A stretch of DNA of 64,000 nucleotides from an uncultured Actinomycetes bacterium. GTDB lineage: Bacteria; Actinomycetota; Acidimicrobiia; IMCC26256; DASPTH01. Positions 61,226 through 64,000 of this stretch are shown one piece after another (the stretch's first letter is position 1; the number at the start of each line of letters is the position of its first letter). The notes beneath the pieces are model-generated. The model searched no databases. It was not told the DNA's origin and worked only from the letters and a program-made list of their open reading frames with translations. The stretch is taken from positions 62,984 through 126,983 of the forward strand of contig CAVWLR010000007.1 in assembly GCA_963755855.1 (NCBI GenBank), given 5' to 3'. The translations under genes and the position numbers were made by a program.

Positions 61226-61271
61226 CGACGACGATGCACGTCGACGACGACTCGACAACTGGAGCAGCACG

Positions 61272-61526
61272 ATGAACGACCGGCCCGACCTCCCACTCTT
61301 CGAGCTCGGTGCGCTCTACCGCCACGACCACACGGACCACGTGTTCGAGTTCAAGGGCGTGGCGCGCGTCCCCGAGATGGCCGACGAGCGCGTGGGCGTG
61401 TTCGAGTCGGCGGAGCACCGGGGCGAGCTCATCCTCGCGACCCACGCCGGGTACGACCACGGCGAGCGGTTCACCCCGCTGGGCGATGCGATGGCGGACG
61501 ACATCGACATCGCGCGCGGCGGCTGA
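61272..61526 (+). CDS. Hypothetical 84-aa protein
   Basis: ATG-initiated ORF with balanced composition (MNDRPDLPLFELGALYRHDHTDHVFEFKGV...). No family recognised. Confidence 0.4.
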   Translation: MNDRPDLPLFELGALYRHDHTDHVFEFKGVARVPEMADERVGVFESAEHRGELILATHAGYDHGERFTPLGDAMADDIDIARGG

Positions 61527-61560
61527 CCGACCGCCGCGAGGCCCGCGTCGGGAGCTCGGC

Positions 61561-63882
61561 TCAGCCCGACGCGTCGCTCGTCAATGCCGCGGGTCGCGGG
61601 CGGGCGGCACGGCGGGCCGGGATGACGGCGAGCAGGTTGGCGAGCACGAGCGTGCCCAGGATGCCGGCGAGCAGCGCCAGCGCGGGGACCTCGACCCCCG
61701 GGACGAGGCCGAGCCTCCCCGTCAGCTCGCGCACGACGAGCCGGCCGAGCGCCACGCCGAGAGGCACACCGACCGCGAGGGTGGCGAGCACGACGAGCGT
61801 CGCCTCCCAGTGCACGACCGAGCGCAGCTGACGTCGCAGGGCGCCGAGCGCGCGCAGGATCGCGAAGTCGCGCCGCTGGGACCGCACCGACAGCGTCACG
61901 AGGAACGCGCACCCGACGAGGAGCAGCACGCTCAGCACCAGCGCGAGGACGACCGGGGCGGGAAGCACCCGCCGCAGTGCGGCGACGCTCGACGGCGCCG
62001 GCAGCGCGTCGGGCGGCGAGAAGTTGTCGGCTCGCAGCTGCCGGAGCACGCTTGCCTCAGTGCCGGCGCGGTAGTCGGCGAACAGCACGTTGCGGGTCGC
62101 GCTCGGGTTGAGATCGCGGTACAGCGCGAACGGCACCACGGCCCCACCCCCGGCGGAGTCGGGCGTCACCACGATCCCGACCACCCGGGCTCTGCGGGTG
62201 GCACCGGTCGCACCCGCGAGCTCGACGCGGTCGCCGACGCCGACGCCCAGGCGGTTGGCGACCTCGGCGCCCAGCCCGACCTCGGCACCATGACGAGGTG
62301 ACCGACCCTCCAGTACCTCCGGCAGGAGCGCACCCTTGACGGGCTCGATCGCGAGGGTGGGCGTCTGCGAGCCATCGATGTCGAGTGCGCCGATGTGCAC
62401 CGCCGTCAACCGCGACACCCCGGGTGTCCCCGCGACGGGCGCGACGATGTCGGTCTTCGTCTCCACGTACGGGTTGCCGAGCAGTCCTTCGTAGTTCACG
62501 CCCCAGCGCGTCGAGGTGTGCACCATGTCGTCGACGCTGAGCCCGACGACGATTGCACCGACGAGCACTGCCATGCCGACGACCCCGGCGAGCAAGGACA
62601 CGAGCGAACGCCGCGTTCCCGTGGGGCCGACGCGCGCGAAGTGCGCGCCCAACACGAACGGCACTCCACCGCGTGCCGAGAGCAGCGGGCGCCGATGGGC
62701 GACCGCGGTGCCGTCGACGCGGTCGCGCGGCGCAGCGAGCAGGGCGGCACCGGTGGCGACGACGAGCAGCGCAACGGCGCCGAGCCCGAACACGGTCCAG
62801 TCGACCGACCTCCCCGAATGCGGCTCGAACACGTGGAGCGCCCCCAGCGGGAACCGGTCGGAGACGGCGAAGACGACAACCAGCCCCACGGCCAGCGCCG
62901 CCGCGGCGCACGCGAGCGCCTCGCACGCGCGCTCGACCGCGAGGTCGCGCGACCTCAGCCCGAGCGCCGCCAATGCGCGGGCCTCCGACGTGGGACGACG
63001 GACGACGCGACCGAGCAGCAGCATCACCACGATCACCGCGCCCAACAGGATGATCCCGGTCACGATCCAGAGCGCGGTGGCTTGGAAGCGCACCGCGCGT
63101 CGGGACTCGTCACTCACGATGCGCGAAGAGATCGTGTATGCGCCGCGCCCGTCGGGCATCTGCCGCACCGCGCGCAGGATCGATCGCGGACCGGTGCCCG
63201 GCGCGAGGTGCGCCTCGATGAGCGACTGGACCACCCCGACGTCCGGGTGCGCGGCGATGAACCCGGGCGAGTAGTAGATGGCGGGGCTGTCGTCCTCGAA
63301 GTTCGCGGGGTCGTCGATCACCCCGACCCACCGCGCCGTGAACACCGGCACCTCGGGCTTGTCGCCGGTGCCGAAGGCGCGGTTGCTCTCGATCTGGTCG
63401 CGGCTGTAGGACGACACGGGGAAGCGGTCGCCGAGGTGCGAGCCGAAGCGGCGGCGCAGGATCGCGGCCATGGTCGGGCTCACCGTGAACTCGTCCGGGG
63501 CGTGCGCGCTCGTGTTCCGGCCCTCGACGAGTCGGGAACCGCTGAACCGGTCGGTTCCCGCGAACGGATTCGGTCGGAACACGAGCGAGCCGTCGGGCCC
63601 GCGGAGGAACGCGGTCACGAACGTGTAGCCGTCGGCGGACCGGACCCCTGGCATCGCGGCCACCGCGTCGGTCAGGGGATCGCCCGTCTGCTGCTGGATG
63701 ATCAGGCCGGGGTCACCACCCGACCACGACGTGTAGCGGTCGGGCGCGGAGGCCGTACGTCGGGTGCCGGCGACCAGGCCCATGGCCAGGCCCGCCACCA
63801 CCCCCACCAGCACCGCGGTGACGAGCACGAGCGCGCGCCGACTGCGGAACCACGTGCGCACCCGCAGCCCGAGTCCTGCCAT
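61561..63882 (-). CDS. ABC transporter permease with two FtsX-type domains (MacB/FtsX-like, about 770 aa)
   Basis: Intact ORF. Start taken at MAGLGLRVRTWFRSRRALVLVTAVL (ORF-track start 63918). Two 4-TM bundles, each preceded by a large extracytoplasmic domain. Confidence 0.8.
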   Translation of the reverse strand: MAGLGLRVRTWFRSRRALVLVTAVLVGVVAGLAMGLVAGTRRTASAPDRYTSWSGGDPGLIIQQQTGDPLTDAVAAMPGVRSADGYTFVTAFLRGPDGSLVFRPNPFAGTDRFSGSRLVEGRNTSAHAPDEFTVSPTMAAILRRRFGSHLGDRFPVSSYSRDQIESNRAFGTGDKPEVPVFTARWVGVIDDPANFEDDSPAIYYSPGFIAAHPDVGVVQSLIEAHLAPGTGPRSILRAVRQMPDGRGAYTISSRIVSDESRRAVRFQATALWIVTGIILLGAVIVVMLLLGRVVRRPTSEARALAALGLRSRDLAVERACEALACAAAALAVGLVVVFAVSDRFPLGALHVFEPHSGRSVDWTVFGLGAVALLVVATGAALLAAPRDRVDGTAVAHRRPLLSARGGVPFVLGAHFARVGPTGTRRSLVSLLAGVVGMAVLVGAIVVGLSVDDMVHTSTRWGVNYEGLLGNPYVETKTDIVAPVAGTPGVSRLTAVHIGALDIDGSQTPTLAIEPVKGALLPEVLEGRSPRHGAEVGLGAEVANRLGVGVGDRVELAGATGATRRARVVGIVVTPDSAGGGAVVPFALYRDLNPSATRNVLFADYRAGTEASVLRQLRADNFSPPDALPAPSSVAALRRVLPAPVVLALVLSVLLLVGCAFLVTLSVRSQRRDFAILRALGALRRQLRSVVHWEATLVVLATLAVGVPLGVALGRLVVRELTGRLGLVPGVEVPALALLAGILGTLVLANLLAVIPARRAARPRPAALTSDASG

Positions 63883-64000
63883 GGCGTGACTCTGTGCCGG
63901 GAGCGGACTCCACGGCAAGGGCGGTAGCCACCCCCCGGGAGGGGTGCCTCCCCGCCCGGGCTTCAGCGCGGCAGCAGCCGGCGCCGCTGGAGATCCCGGA

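Noticed and set aside
1-64000. Programmed ribosomal frameshifting or transcriptional slippage as the explanation for the frame breaks
   Set aside because: There are far too many sites (about 72), in unrelated genes, without slippery heptamers or conserved stimulatory structures. Most inspected sites are non-homopolymeric single extra bases.
63964-64000. 3-prime end of a minus-strand gene (probably the ABC ATPase partner of the FtsX-type permease)
   Set aside because: Only about 12 codons (...RDLQRRRLLPR, stop 63964-63966) are in the window. That is too little to support a call.

Overview
High-GC (about 70% by eye) actinobacterial-type chromosomal DNA, gene-dense on both strands. I saw no rRNA, CRISPR array, transposase or integrase. 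1-39 kb is dominated by CoA-dependent lipid/steroid-like catabolism genes: 3 acyl-CoA synthetases, 6 crotonase-fold hydratases, a degradative thiolase, a MaoC double-hotdog hydratase, 4 SDRs, 2 PF04909 amidohydrolases, a P450, an alpha-methylacyl-CoA racemase-like gene and two fused double family III CoA-transferases. Interleaved with these are an MMPL/MarR pair, a TerC gene behind a yybP-ykoY (Mn2+) riboswitch, a DUF222-HNH gene, and a GT2-TPR glycosyltransferase preceded by a 38-codon ORF. 39-52 kb carries ycnI, a STAS gene, a methyltransferase, kdpFABC-kdpDE, an orphan DUF4118 gene and an MFS-crcB-crcB operon with a divergent TetR. 52-64 kb carries an SCP-x-type thiolase/DUF35 pair, a MarR plus two ABC exporter genes, tRNA-Leu(TAG), a 1.8-kb TetR-cupin-secreted-protein module bracketed by a duplicated tRNA 3-prime half, and a large FtsX-type permease. 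The main global property is about 72 reading-frame breaks (hand count) in 28 otherwise well conserved genes. The breaks are strongly insertion-biased and patchy, and most likely reflect consensus errors rather than real decay. Broken genes are listed as pseudogene with that caveat. Other points worth a second look: a frame-preserving (DWAR)4 mini-ORF repeat bridging the two crcB genes; an 18-nt motif shared by two divergent promoters; REP-like palindromes; stop-codon-anchored 13-nt tandem repeats; a gene-conversion tract between tandem hydratase paralogs; and an SDR paralog lacking the catalytic Tyr/Lys. All family calls rest on remembered motifs. No database search was possible.
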